Program-made: the position numbers and the translations under genes
Assembly (NCBI GenBank): GCA_964515075.1
Contig: CAZETE010000003.1
Location: 14,254 to 78,253 of the forward strand
Source of the DNA: an uncultured Actinomycetota bacterium
GTDB lineage: Bacteria; Actinomycetota; Geothermincolia; Geothermincolales; Geothermincolaceae
DNA length: 64,000 nt
Reading direction: 5' to 3'
Part shown: positions 29,934 through 39,473 of the stretch, piece after piece
How positions within the stretch are numbered: position 1 is the first letter of the stretch
Layout: the number at the start of each line of letters is the position of its first letter
The notes under the pieces: model-generated
The model's database searches: none
What the model saw: only the letters and a program-made list of their open reading frames with translations
What the model was told of the DNA's origin: nothing

Positions 29934-31097
29934 ATGAGCATCCTGGACACCGACCTCTACAAGCTGACCATGCAGCAGGCGGTCTGCATCCTCTACCCGG
30001 CGGCGCAGGCCCGCTACGCCTTCATCAACCGGGGGGGCACCCCGTTCCCGGCCGGGTTCGGCCGGGAGCTGGGCGCGCGGGTCCGCGAGATGGCGGGCTT
30101 GCGGCTCACCCCCGGCGAACGGGGTTGGCTGGAGCGGCGCTGCCCCTGGTTCAACCCGGCCTACCTCGACTTCCTGGCCGGCTACCGCTTCGACCCGGAC
30201 GAGGTGAGGATAGAGCAGTCCGGCGGCGAGCTGTCGGTCTTCGCCGAGGGATACTGGTACCGCGCCATCCTCTGGGAGGTGCCGCTGATGGCCGTAATCA
30301 GCCAGCTCTACTTCGAGATGACCGGCGAGGCGGGCCAGGCCTGGCCGGAGGAGCGGCGCCGCGAGGCCACGCGGGGCAAGGCCCGCCTCTTCCGCGAGAA
30401 GGGCATCCGCTTCGCCGACTTCGGCACCCGCCGCCGCTTCTCCTACGACCACCACGCGCAGGTGGTGGAGGACCTCCGGGAGGCGGGCGAGTGCTTCCTG
30501 GGCACCAGCTGCGTGCACCTGGCCCACCGCTGCGGCGTCGCGCCCATCGGCACCCAGGCCCACGAGTGGTTCCAGTACCACGCGGCCGCCCACGGCTTCC
30601 TCGACGCCAACCGCCTGGCCCTGGAGCGCTGGGTGGAGGTCTACCGGGGAGAGCTGGGCATCGCGCTGACCGACACCTACGGCACCGCCGACTTCCTCCG
30701 CTCCTTCGGCCCGCTGGCGGCACGGGTCTACGACGGAGTGCGCCAGGATTCCGGCGACCCCCTGGAGTTGCTGGAGAGGATGGTGGCCCACTACCGCGGG
30801 CTGGGCATCGACCCCGCCGGCAAGACCGTGGTCTTCTCCGACTCCCTGGACCCCGGGCGGGTACTGGAGATCCACGCCGCCTGCGGCGGGCGGGTGCGGG
30901 ACGTCTACGGCATCGGCACCAACCTCACCAACGACGTGGGGGTCAAGCCCCTGAACATGGTGATCAAGCTGGTGGCCTGCCGGCCGGACCCCTCGTCCGG
31001 GTGGATACCGGCGGTGAAGCTCTCGGACGATGCCGGCAAGCACACCGGGGACCGCGCCATGATCGAGTTGTGCCGACGCACCCTGGGCGCCGTTTGA
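29934..31097 (+). CDS. pncB: Nicotinate phosphoribosyltransferase
   Basis: LDTDLYKLTM, DFGTRRR, GTQAHEW, LTDTY, RQDSGDP, FSDSL, KLSD. Confidence 0.97.
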   Translation: MSILDTDLYKLTMQQAVCILYPAAQARYAFINRGGTPFPAGFGRELGARVREMAGLRLTPGERGWLERRCPWFNPAYLDFLAGYRFDPDEVRIEQSGGELSVFAEGYWYRAILWEVPLMAVISQLYFEMTGEAGQAWPEERRREATRGKARLFREKGIRFADFGTRRRFSYDHHAQVVEDLREAGECFLGTSCVHLAHRCGVAPIGTQAHEWFQYHAAAHGFLDANRLALERWVEVYRGELGIALTDTYGTADFLRSFGPLAARVYDGVRQDSGDPLELLERMVAHYRGLGIDPAGKTVVFSDSLDPGRVLEIHAACGGRVRDVYGIGTNLTNDVGVKPLNMVIKLVACRPDPSSGWIPAVKLSDDAGKHTGDRAMIELCRRTLGAV

Positions 31098-31119
31098 CCG
31101 CCCCTCGCCTTGCGGCGCC

Positions 31120-32388
<1,269 letters not shown>

Positions 32389-32402
32389 CGCCGCCCTCCT
32401 GC

Positions 32403-32654
32403 TCAGTCCAGGACGCTGATGCCGGCTGCGACGAACTCCACCACGTCGCCGACGGTCTTGACGTCCGCGATGACGTCGTCGGGCACCTTGATGGCGAACT
32501 CGTCCTCCAGCATCATGGCCAGTTCCACCATGTCCAGGGAGTCCACCTCCAGGTCCTCCTTGAGCAGGGCGTCCCAGGTGACGGCCTCGGGAGCCGCCAT
32601 GACCCTCTGCAGCATGATTCCCTTGATCCTCGCGAACAGCTCGCTGCGGTCCAT
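32403..32654 (-). CDS. acpP: Acyl carrier protein
   Basis: DLEVDSLDMVEL phosphopantetheine Ser motif; acidic 83 aa. Confidence 0.93.
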   Translation of the reverse strand: MDRSELFARIKGIMLQRVMAAPEAVTWDALLKEDLEVDSLDMVELAMMLEDEFAIKVPDDVIADVKTVGDVVEFVAAGISVLD

Positions 32655-32711
32655 CTCTTCCCTTCCTTTCCCTCTGCTTGCGCGGGCCCGCGTCGCGCGC
32701 GCCCGCTTCCC

Positions 32712-33593
32712 TTATGCTTCTCGAACCCCTCCGCTGCAGGCGCGGCCCTCCCCCGCCTCCCGGCCGGCCTCCGGAACGGCGCCGGCCAGGAAACGCAGCA
32801 GGCCGGCGAGGACCCGCCGCTGGCGCCCGCGGGGCACCACCTGGTCCACCAGCCCCCTCCGCAGGTGCTCCTCCGCCCGGGTGAATCCCGCGGGCGGGCG
32901 CATGCCGGTGGTCTGCTCCACCACCCGGGGACCGCTGAAGCAGATCAGCGCGCCCGGCTCCGCCAGGATGACGTCGGCGGCCGTGGCGAAACTGGCGGTG
33001 ACCCCGCCGCAAGTGGGGTCGGTGAGCAGGGACACGAAGCCGGTGCCGGCTTCCTCCAGGCCGGCCAGCGCCACCATCACCTTGGCCATCTGCAGCAGGG
33101 CCGGGGCGCCCTCCTGCATGCGCGCCCCCCCCGAGGCGGTCACCGCCAGCAGCGGCAGGCGGCTCTCCACCGCGGCCTCGCAGGCGCGGCAGAAGATCTC
33201 TCCCGCCGCCGCCCCCAGGGAGCCGCCGAAGACGGAGAAGTCCATCACCGCAGCCACCAGGGGAACGCCCTCGACGGCGGCGGTCCCGTAGACCATGGCC
33301 TCGCCCCCGAGCCTCCGCGCGGCGCGGGCGTACTCCCCTTCCCCGAAGCCCAGGGGGTCGAGGGTCCGGATGCCCGCATCCCGCTGGAGGAAGCTGCCGG
33401 GGTCGAAGAGGTGGCCTATGCGCGCGGCCAGCCCCAACTGGTGGTGGTGCCCGCAGTGCTCGCAGACCCCCGCGCCCGCGGCCAGCCTGGCCCGCTCCAA
33501 GGCCAGCCCGCACCCCGGACAGCGCAGCCACAGCTCGCGCGCCCGGGCGGCGTAGGCCGCGTGCCTCTCCTCAACCGAGCATGCCGCCGTCAA
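32712..33593 (-). CDS. accD: Acetyl-CoA carboxylase carboxyltransferase beta subunit (start uncertain)
   Basis: Zn finger CPGC...CEHC, GGSLG, SGGARMQEG, PTCGGVTASFA. Confidence 0.92.
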   Translation of the reverse strand: MTAACSVEERHAAYAARARELWLRCPGCGLALERARLAAGAGVCEHCGHHHQLGLAARIGHLFDPGSFLQRDAGIRTLDPLGFGEGEYARAARRLGGEAMVYGTAAVEGVPLVAAVMDFSVFGGSLGAAAGEIFCRACEAAVESRLPLLAVTASGGARMQEGAPALLQMAKVMVALAGLEEAGTGFVSLLTDPTCGGVTASFATAADVILAEPGALICFSGPRVVEQTTGMRPPAGFTRAEEHLRRGLVDQVVPRGRQRRVLAGLLRFLAGAVPEAGREAGEGRACSGGVREA

Positions 33594-34317
33594 CGCAGAT
33601 CACCTGCCCGGTTATGTACGCGGCGGCGTCCGAAGCCAGGAAGGCCACGGCCTCCGCCACCTCCTCCGGCTGCCCGAACCTGGCCATGGGTATCCTCTCC
33701 TTCAAGCCTTGCCGGACGTCCCCGTCCAGCCCGGCCGACATGTCCGTCTCGATGAGGCCGGGGGCCACCGCGTTGACGGTGATGGAACGCCCCGCCACTT
33801 CCCGGGCCACCCCGCGGGTGAGGCCGAGCAGGCCGGCCTTGGAGGCGCAGTAGTTGGCCTGGCCGGGGTTGCCGGCCAGGCCGGCCACCGAGGTGACGTT
33901 GACCACCCGCCCCCAGCGCGCCCGCAGCATGGGGCGGAGGGCGGCGCGCAGGCAGCCGAAGGCCCCGCCCAGGTTGGTATCGAGCACCGAGCGCCAGTCG
34001 TCGTCGCTCAGGCGCACGACCAATCCGTCGCGGCGGATGCCGGCGTTGTTCACCAGGACGGACATGCCGCCCCAAGCCTGCTCCACCTCATCCACCAGCC
34101 TCGCGGCCTCGCGGGGGTCGGACACGTCGGCCCGCACCGCCATGGCTTCCGCGCCGCGCGCGCGCAGCAGTTCCAGGCACTCCTCCGCCGCGTCGCGGTC
34201 GGCGCGGTAGTTGATGGCGACGCGCGGGCAATCGCACGCCAGGCGCAGGGCGATACTCCGTCCGATGCCGCGCGACCCCCCGGTCACCAGGGCTATCCTC
34301 TCGCCGCCTGATTTCAT
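33571..34317 (-). CDS. fabG: 3-oxoacyl-ACP reductase
   Basis: TGGSRGIG, NNAGI, NYCASKAG (YxxxK), VNAVAPG, DGGM. Confidence 0.95.
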   Translation of the reverse strand: MKSGGERIALVTGGSRGIGRSIALRLACDCPRVAINYRADRDAAEECLELLRARGAEAMAVRADVSDPREAARLVDEVEQAWGGMSVLVNNAGIRRDGLVVRLSDDDWRSVLDTNLGGAFGCLRAALRPMLRARWGRVVNVTSVAGLAGNPGQANYCASKAGLLGLTRGVAREVAGRSITVNAVAPGLIETDMSAGLDGDVRQGLKERIPMARFGQPEEVAEAVAFLASDAAAYITGQVICVDGGMLG

Positions 34318-34373
34318 CCCTTCACGTCCTCCTCTCGCTCCTTTCCGGAAGTTCGCTGCGCGTGCTCGAAAAA

Positions 34374-34405
34374 CGTCAATTCTCGTCAGGGCCTGACCCC
34401 GGATT
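34374..34405. repeat. Single arm of the GGGGTCAG inverted repeat, overlapping the fabH 3' end
   Basis: CGTCAATTCTCGTCAGGGCCTGACCCCGGATT differs by one base from the equivalent stretch of the right arm at 18047-18081 plus flank. Confidence 0.85.
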
Positions 34406-35440
34406 GGGCCAGCGCAGCAGGGCGCCGCCCCAGGTCAGCCCGGCCCCGAAGCCCACCAGGGCCACCAGGTCGCCTCCTTTGAGCGCCCCCGAAGCCGTGG
34501 CTTCCTCCAGGGCGATGGGGATGGAGGCGGCGGAGGTGTTGGCGTACTTCCCGATGTTGAGGAAGAAGCGCTCCGGGTCGAGTCCCAGGCGGCGCGCCGC
34601 CGCCTCCACGATGCGCGTGTTGGCCTGATGCGGCACGATGAGGTCGAGGCCTTCCGGGCCGATGCCGGCTCCCTCACAGAGGCCCCGCACCGTCTCGCAG
34701 ACCTTGCCCACCGCGAAGCGGAAGACCTCGCCGCCCTCCATGGTCACGAAGGGGTAGAGCCCGCCCCAGCCGCCTTCCAGGAAGGGCAGCGACCCCGCGA
34801 GGCCGGCGGCGCGCCCGTCCAGCCCGCCCCGCAGGGCGGCCATCATGCGCGAGCCTCCCCCCTCGGCCTTGATGCAGTAGTCGCTCTCCCCGGCGGCCCC
34901 CAGGCGCACCCCGAGCAGCCCCTCTCCGGGCGGGCACGGCTCGAAGAGGGCGGCGCCCGCCCCGTCCCCGAAGAGCACGCAGGTGGAGCGGTCCCGCCAG
35001 TCGACGATGCGGGTGAGGGTCTCCGTCCCCACCAGCAGGGCCCGGCGGGCCAGCCCCTCCCCGAAGAACCCGCCGGCCACGGCCATGGCGTAGAGGAATC
35101 CCGAGCAGCCCGCGTTGACGTCCAGGGCCGGCCCGCGCGACCCCAGCGCCCCCTGCAGGCTGCAGGCCAGCGAGGGGACCATGCGGTCGGCGGTGGTGGT
35201 GGCCACCACCACCAGGTCGACGTCTGCGGCCGCGCGGCCCGCCCGTTGAAGCGCGGCGCGGCAGGCGTCGAGGGAGAGGCTGAGGTTGTCCTCGTCCGGG
35301 CCCGCCACCCGGCGCTCGCTGATGCCGGTGCGGGCGACAATCCACTCGTGGCTGGTTTCGAGGAAGCCCTTGAGCTCCCGGTTGTGCAGGACGTGACGGG
35401 GCAGCCCCTTCCCGCAGGCGGTGATGGCCGCGCTATTCAT
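34376..35440 (-). CDS. fabH: 3-oxoacyl-ACP synthase III
   Basis: AGCSGF (Cys), LFGDGAGA, PHQAN (His), ANTSAAS (Asn), GFGAGLTWG. Confidence 0.95.
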   Translation of the reverse strand: MNSAAITACGKGLPRHVLHNRELKGFLETSHEWIVARTGISERRVAGPDEDNLSLSLDACRAALQRAGRAAADVDLVVVATTTADRMVPSLACSLQGALGSRGPALDVNAGCSGFLYAMAVAGGFFGEGLARRALLVGTETLTRIVDWRDRSTCVLFGDGAGAALFEPCPPGEGLLGVRLGAAGESDYCIKAEGGGSRMMAALRGGLDGRAAGLAGSLPFLEGGWGGLYPFVTMEGGEVFRFAVGKVCETVRGLCEGAGIGPEGLDLIVPHQANTRIVEAAARRLGLDPERFFLNIGKYANTSAASIPIALEEATASGALKGGDLVALVGFGAGLTWGGALLRWPNPGSGPDEN

Positions 35441-35861
35441 CTTCCCCCCCGGCCCCCCGGCCCGCGCCCTGCCCCGCCTCCCGGCGCACCCGCATGACCG
35501 CCTGGAGGGGGGCTACCGGGTCCCCCTCGGCGGCCAGGACCTCCTCCACCGTCAGCCGGCACTCCGCGTAGACCTCGTTCACGTGCTTCATGGCCTCTAC
35601 GCAGAAGAGCACTTCTCCGCGCTCCCTGGTCTCGCCCGGGGCCGCGTAGGGCTCCTGCCCGGGGCCGGGGCGCAGCACCAGGACGCCCGCGAGGGGGGAT
35701 TGCACTATGTCACCGCCTCCGTCCGGAGCCCCTCCGGCGGGAGCGGCGCTCTCGCCAAGCGGGCCGCGCCGCAGGACGATCTCCCGCCCGGCGTCGCGGA
35801 TCTCAAGCTCCGCTAGCCCCTCGCGCCGCATCAGTTCGCCCATCCCGGCAAGGAAGTCCAC
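35433..35861 (-). CDS. accB: Biotin carboxyl carrier protein
   Basis: SPLAG, VEAMKHVNEV with the biotinylated Lys. Confidence 0.85.
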   Translation of the reverse strand: MDFLAGMGELMRREGLAELEIRDAGREIVLRRGPLGESAAPAGGAPDGGGDIVQSPLAGVLVLRPGPGQEPYAAPGETRERGEVLFCVEAMKHVNEVYAECRLTVEEVLAAEGDPVAPLQAVMRVRREAGQGAGRGAGGEDE

Positions 35862-35863
35862 TC

Positions 35864-37168
35864 CTATCCCCCCAGTATCCCGTCCGGCGAGCGCGTATCG
35901 TATTCCGCCGCGCGGAAGGCCTCGCTATCCACCAGTTCGAGCAGCATGGGGAGGTTGCTCTCCGCGCCGCGCACCTCCGTCTCCGCAAGGGCCCGGGATA
36001 TCCGCGCCGCGGCCCCGGGCCGGGTGGGGGCCCAGGCGCAGACCTTGGCGGCCAGGGAGTCGTAGCGGCGCGTGAGCAGGGGCACCTCCGACCCCGCCGC
36101 GTCCACCCGGACGCCCGGGCCGCCCGGCAGCTCCAGCCGCGCCCGCCCCCGCATGCTCCCGCCCAGCAGGTAGAGGCGCGCCTGCACGGCGTGGCCGCGC
36201 GCTTCCGGCTCTTCCGGAAGCGATTCGCCTGAAGCCAGGCGGAGCTGCTGGCTCACCAGGTCCCAGCCGGTGACGAGCTCGGTGACGGTGTGCTCCACCT
36301 GCAGCCGCGCGTTGACCTCCAGGAAGTAGTGGCGCCCCCCTTCGAGCAGGAACTCCACCGTGGCGATGCCCACCAGGCCGCAGGCCTCGATGAAAAGGCG
36401 GGCGTCCCGCCGGAGCGCTTCCGCCTTCTCCTCGGGGAGGCGGGGCGCCGGCGTCTCCTCCACCCACTTCTGGCAGCGGCGCTGCAGGGAGCAGTCGCGG
36501 ACGGGGAAGGTCACCACCCGCCCCGCGGCGTCGGCGGCCGCCTGTACCTCCAGGTGGCGCGCCCGCGCCAGGTACTTCTCCAGGTAGATGCCCTCCCGGC
36601 GGCAGGAGGCGGCTGTCTCCAGGACGGCCTGCCGCCAGGCGCCCGGCACCTCCCCCGGCCCGGCGGCGACGCGGATGCCCCGTCCCCCGCCGCCGCCCAC
36701 CGGCTTGAGCACCACCGGGTAACCGGCCTCGCCGGCCAGGGCGGAGGCCTCTTCCTCGCAGCCCGCCGTGCCCAGGAACAGCGTGGGCAGGCCCGCCTCG
36801 CGGGCGGCGCGGCAGACCTCGCTCTTGTCGTCCAGCCTCTCCATCACCGCGGGGGAGGGGCCCACGAAACCCACCCCCATCTCCCCGCAGAGCCGGGCGA
36901 AGCCGGCGTCCTCGGAGAGGAAGCCGTAGCCCGGGTGGATGGCGTCGGCGCCGCAGGCCGCCGCGGCGTTGAGCAGCTCGTAGGAGTTCAGATAGCTTCC
37001 CTCGGCCTCCGCCGGGCCCACGCAGACGACCCGGTCGGCCAGGGCGGGCGGGTGCGCCGCGTCCACGGCGGAACAGGCCAGCACCCCCTCCACCTCCAAC
37101 TCGCGCAGGGAGCGGAGGACGCGCAGGGCCACCTCCCCCCGGTTGGCCACCATCACCCGCTTGAACAA
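35864..37168 (-). CDS. accC: Biotin carboxylase
   Basis: ANRGEVA, HPGYGFLSE, GGGGRGI, RDCSLQRR, EVNARLQVEH. Confidence 0.93.
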   Translation of the reverse strand: MFKRVMVANRGEVALRVLRSLRELEVEGVLACSAVDAAHPPALADRVVCVGPAEAEGSYLNSYELLNAAAACGADAIHPGYGFLSEDAGFARLCGEMGVGFVGPSPAVMERLDDKSEVCRAAREAGLPTLFLGTAGCEEEASALAGEAGYPVVLKPVGGGGGRGIRVAAGPGEVPGAWRQAVLETAASCRREGIYLEKYLARARHLEVQAAADAAGRVVTFPVRDCSLQRRCQKWVEETPAPRLPEEKAEALRRDARLFIEACGLVGIATVEFLLEGGRHYFLEVNARLQVEHTVTELVTGWDLVSQQLRLASGESLPEEPEARGHAVQARLYLLGGSMRGRARLELPGGPGVRVDAAGSEVPLLTRRYDSLAAKVCAWAPTRPGAAARISRALAETEVRGAESNLPMLLELVDSEAFRAAEYDTRSPDGILGG

Positions 37169-37172
37169 GCCC

Positions 37173-38081
37173 TCACTCCCCCCCTCGCAGGAGATCGCAG
37201 GCGTGGAGGGCGCGCAGGCCCGGGTGGTCCCGCCTGGCCATGCGGCCGACGACCCGGCCCGGCCCCACCTCCGCCTGCGAACGCACGCCGCGCCGCACCA
37301 GCTCGGCCTGGAGCTCGCACCAGCGCACCGGGGCGGTCATCCCCCCCGCCAGGCAGCGGGCGGCCTCCCTCCCGTCGCCCACCAACCGGGCGGTGTAACC
37401 CGAAAGGAAGGGGAGCGCGGGGTCCCTCATCCCCAGCTTCTCGATGAACCCCTCCACCTCCGCCTGCGCCCCGCGCATGGCCGGGGTGTGGAAGGGCCCA
37501 GATACCCCCAGGGGTATGACGCGGACGCCGCGACGCGCGGCCTCCTCCCTCACCCGGTCGAGGCCGGCACGGCTGCCCGCCACCACCACCTGGTCGGAGG
37601 CGTTGTGGTTGGCCACGCACACTTCGCCGTCTGCGCGGCAGGCGGCGAGCATCTCGCAGGCGTCTTCCGGGCCCGCGCCCACCAGCGCGGCCATGCCGCC
37701 CGGATTGGCCGCGGCAGCCTCCAGCATGGCCCTCCCGCGGACCCACACCAGCTCCAGCGCCTGCCGGGTGTCCATGCACCCCGCCGCCGCCGCCGCGCAG
37801 TACTCGCCCAGGGAGTGTCCGGCCACCGCTCCCGGCCTGACGCCGCGCTCTGCCAGCAGGGCCAGCCAGGCCAGGGAGACGGTGGCCACCCCCAGCTGGC
37901 AGAGGTCGGTGCGGGAGAGCGCCTGCCCTGCGCCCGCGAGGCACAGCTCCAACACGTCCAGCCCCGATACCTCCGCCGCCAGCGCGAAGACCCTCTCCAC
38001 CGCGGGCTCATGCAGCGGGAGGTCGCCCGCCATGCCCGCGTACTGGCTCCCCTGGCCGGGGAAGACGAACGCCGTTCCCAC
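37173..38081 (-). CDS. fabD: Malonyl-CoA:ACP transacylase
   Basis: Start reset to GTG 38081 (GGAGG SD); FPGQGSQ, GHSLGEY, GPFHT. Confidence 0.95.
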   Translation of the reverse strand: MGTAFVFPGQGSQYAGMAGDLPLHEPAVERVFALAAEVSGLDVLELCLAGAGQALSRTDLCQLGVATVSLAWLALLAERGVRPGAVAGHSLGEYCAAAAAGCMDTRQALELVWVRGRAMLEAAAANPGGMAALVGAGPEDACEMLAACRADGEVCVANHNASDQVVVAGSRAGLDRVREEAARRGVRVIPLGVSGPFHTPAMRGAQAEVEGFIEKLGMRDPALPFLSGYTARLVGDGREAARCLAGGMTAPVRWCELQAELVRRGVRSQAEVGPGRVVGRMARRDHPGLRALHACDLLRGGE

Positions 38082-38082
38082 G

Positions 38083-38481
38083 TCAGGACACCTCCCGGAA
38101 AAGGGCCAGGGGGTCGCCGTATCCGGCCACTTCCCCTTCACCGATGATCCACCGCTCCACCCGCCCCGGCCCCGGGGCCTCCACGCCCTCCTCGCCCAGC
38201 AGGGTGGAGACGGTGCCCAGGAGGGCGCCCCTCTCGACCACGCCGGCGGCTTCGGCCGCCGGGCTCCAGCGCCCCACGCAGTGCGAGCGCAGCAGGACCA
38301 GGCGGGCCGGGCTCGCGGCGCCCTTGCCTTCCTCGGCCCCCGCCGCGCCCCGTCCGGCCGCGGCTTCCCCGCGCAGCAACAGCGAGCCCCGGGACGAGCG
38401 GAAGGCCACCTCCGAGAGGCCGGCCCCGCACAGCTCCTCCAGCAGTTCCTCCAGCCCTGCCAGGCAGTCGTAGAGCGACAC
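38083..38481 (-). CDS. Biotinyl/lipoyl-domain protein lacking the biotinylation Lys (BCCP paralog)
   Basis: BCCP-like layout (helical N-terminus, Ala/Gly linker, RSHCVG, GEVAGYGDPL), with VSTLLGEE where EAMKxxNE is expected. Confidence 0.65.
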   Translation of the reverse strand: MSLYDCLAGLEELLEELCGAGLSEVAFRSSRGSLLLRGEAAAGRGAAGAEEGKGAASPARLVLLRSHCVGRWSPAAEAAGVVERGALLGTVSTLLGEEGVEAPGPGRVERWIIGEGEVAGYGDPLALFREVS

Positions 38482-38484
38482 GCG

Positions 38485-39294
38485 TCACACCGCCCCTTCC
38501 GTAAAGAAGCCCAGGCTGCGGTAGCGCAGGCACCTCCGCTCCAGCAGGGCGGGCAGGGGGAGGGCCTCCAGCCATCCCAGGTTCTCCGTCAGCGCCCCGC
38601 GCAGCAGGCGGGCGGCGGCGCGCGGGTCGGCCGAGGCCCCGCCGGGCGGCTCGGGGACCACCCCGTCCACCAGGTCCAGTTCGCGCAGGTCGGCCGAGGT
38701 CATGCGGAGCAGGCCGGCGGCCTCGGGAGCGCGCGAGGCGTCCCTCCAGAGGATGGAGGCGCACCCTTCCGGGCTGATCACCGAGAAGGTGGCGTTTGCG
38801 AGCATCAGCACCACGTCGCCCATCCCCAGGGCCAGCGCGCCCCCGCTGCCCCCCTCGCCGACGTAGGCCACCAGCACCGGCGCGCGCAGCGAGGCCAGGG
38901 CGGCGAGGTTGCGCGAGATGGTCCAGGCCTGCCCCTCCTCCTCCGCCTCCATCCCCGGATAGGCGCCGGGCGTGTCCACCAGCAGCAGCAGGGGCAGGGA
39001 GAGCCGGGCGGCCAGGGAGAAGAGCCGCTGCGACTTGCGGAAGCCGGCCGGACCGGGCATGCCGAAGTTACAGCCGGCGCGCCCCGCGGCGCCCTTGCCC
39101 TTCTCGTGGGCGGCCACCGCCAGGCGGTAACCGTCCATGGCTGCGAGGCCGATGACGACGGAGGGGTCGTCCCGGCCACAGCGGTCGCCGCGCAGCTCGA
39201 AGAAGTAGTCGCAGGCGTGCCGGAGGTAGTCGCGCGCGGTGGGCCGCGCGGTGGCGCGCGCCTCCAGCACCCGCTCCCAGGCGGCGTCGCCCAT
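38485..39294 (-). CDS. accA: Acetyl-CoA carboxylase carboxyltransferase alpha subunit (short form)
   Basis: ARP, ELRGDR, NFGMPGP, DTPGAYPG, AEEEGQ, GEGGSGGAL, SVISPEGCASILW. Confidence 0.95.
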   Translation of the reverse strand: MGDAAWERVLEARATARPTARDYLRHACDYFFELRGDRCGRDDPSVVIGLAAMDGYRLAVAAHEKGKGAAGRAGCNFGMPGPAGFRKSQRLFSLAARLSLPLLLLVDTPGAYPGMEAEEEGQAWTISRNLAALASLRAPVLVAYVGEGGSGGALALGMGDVVLMLANATFSVISPEGCASILWRDASRAPEAAGLLRMTSADLRELDLVDGVVPEPPGGASADPRAAARLLRGALTENLGWLEALPLPALLERRCLRYRSLGFFTEGAV

Positions 39295-39437
39295 GCCGTT
39301 CCTCCCTTCCCGTTCTCGCCTTTTACCGCTTCCGGTTCTTTAGGGATAACGGACGGGGGAAGGGGATGGTTACAGAATCCCTCGGATGCGGCCGCACCGG
39401 CGAAGGCGCGGCCCGTCGGGGGCCGTGGAGGGACCGC

Positions 39438-39473
39438 GGGCGGCGCCCTCAGCGGAAGCCGGGGGCGCCGCCC
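39438..39473 (-). terminator. GC-rich hairpin directly after the oxidoreductase operon
   Basis: GGGCGGCGCCC (39438-39448) pairs with GGGCGCCGCCC (39463-39473); no U-tract. Confidence 0.45.
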
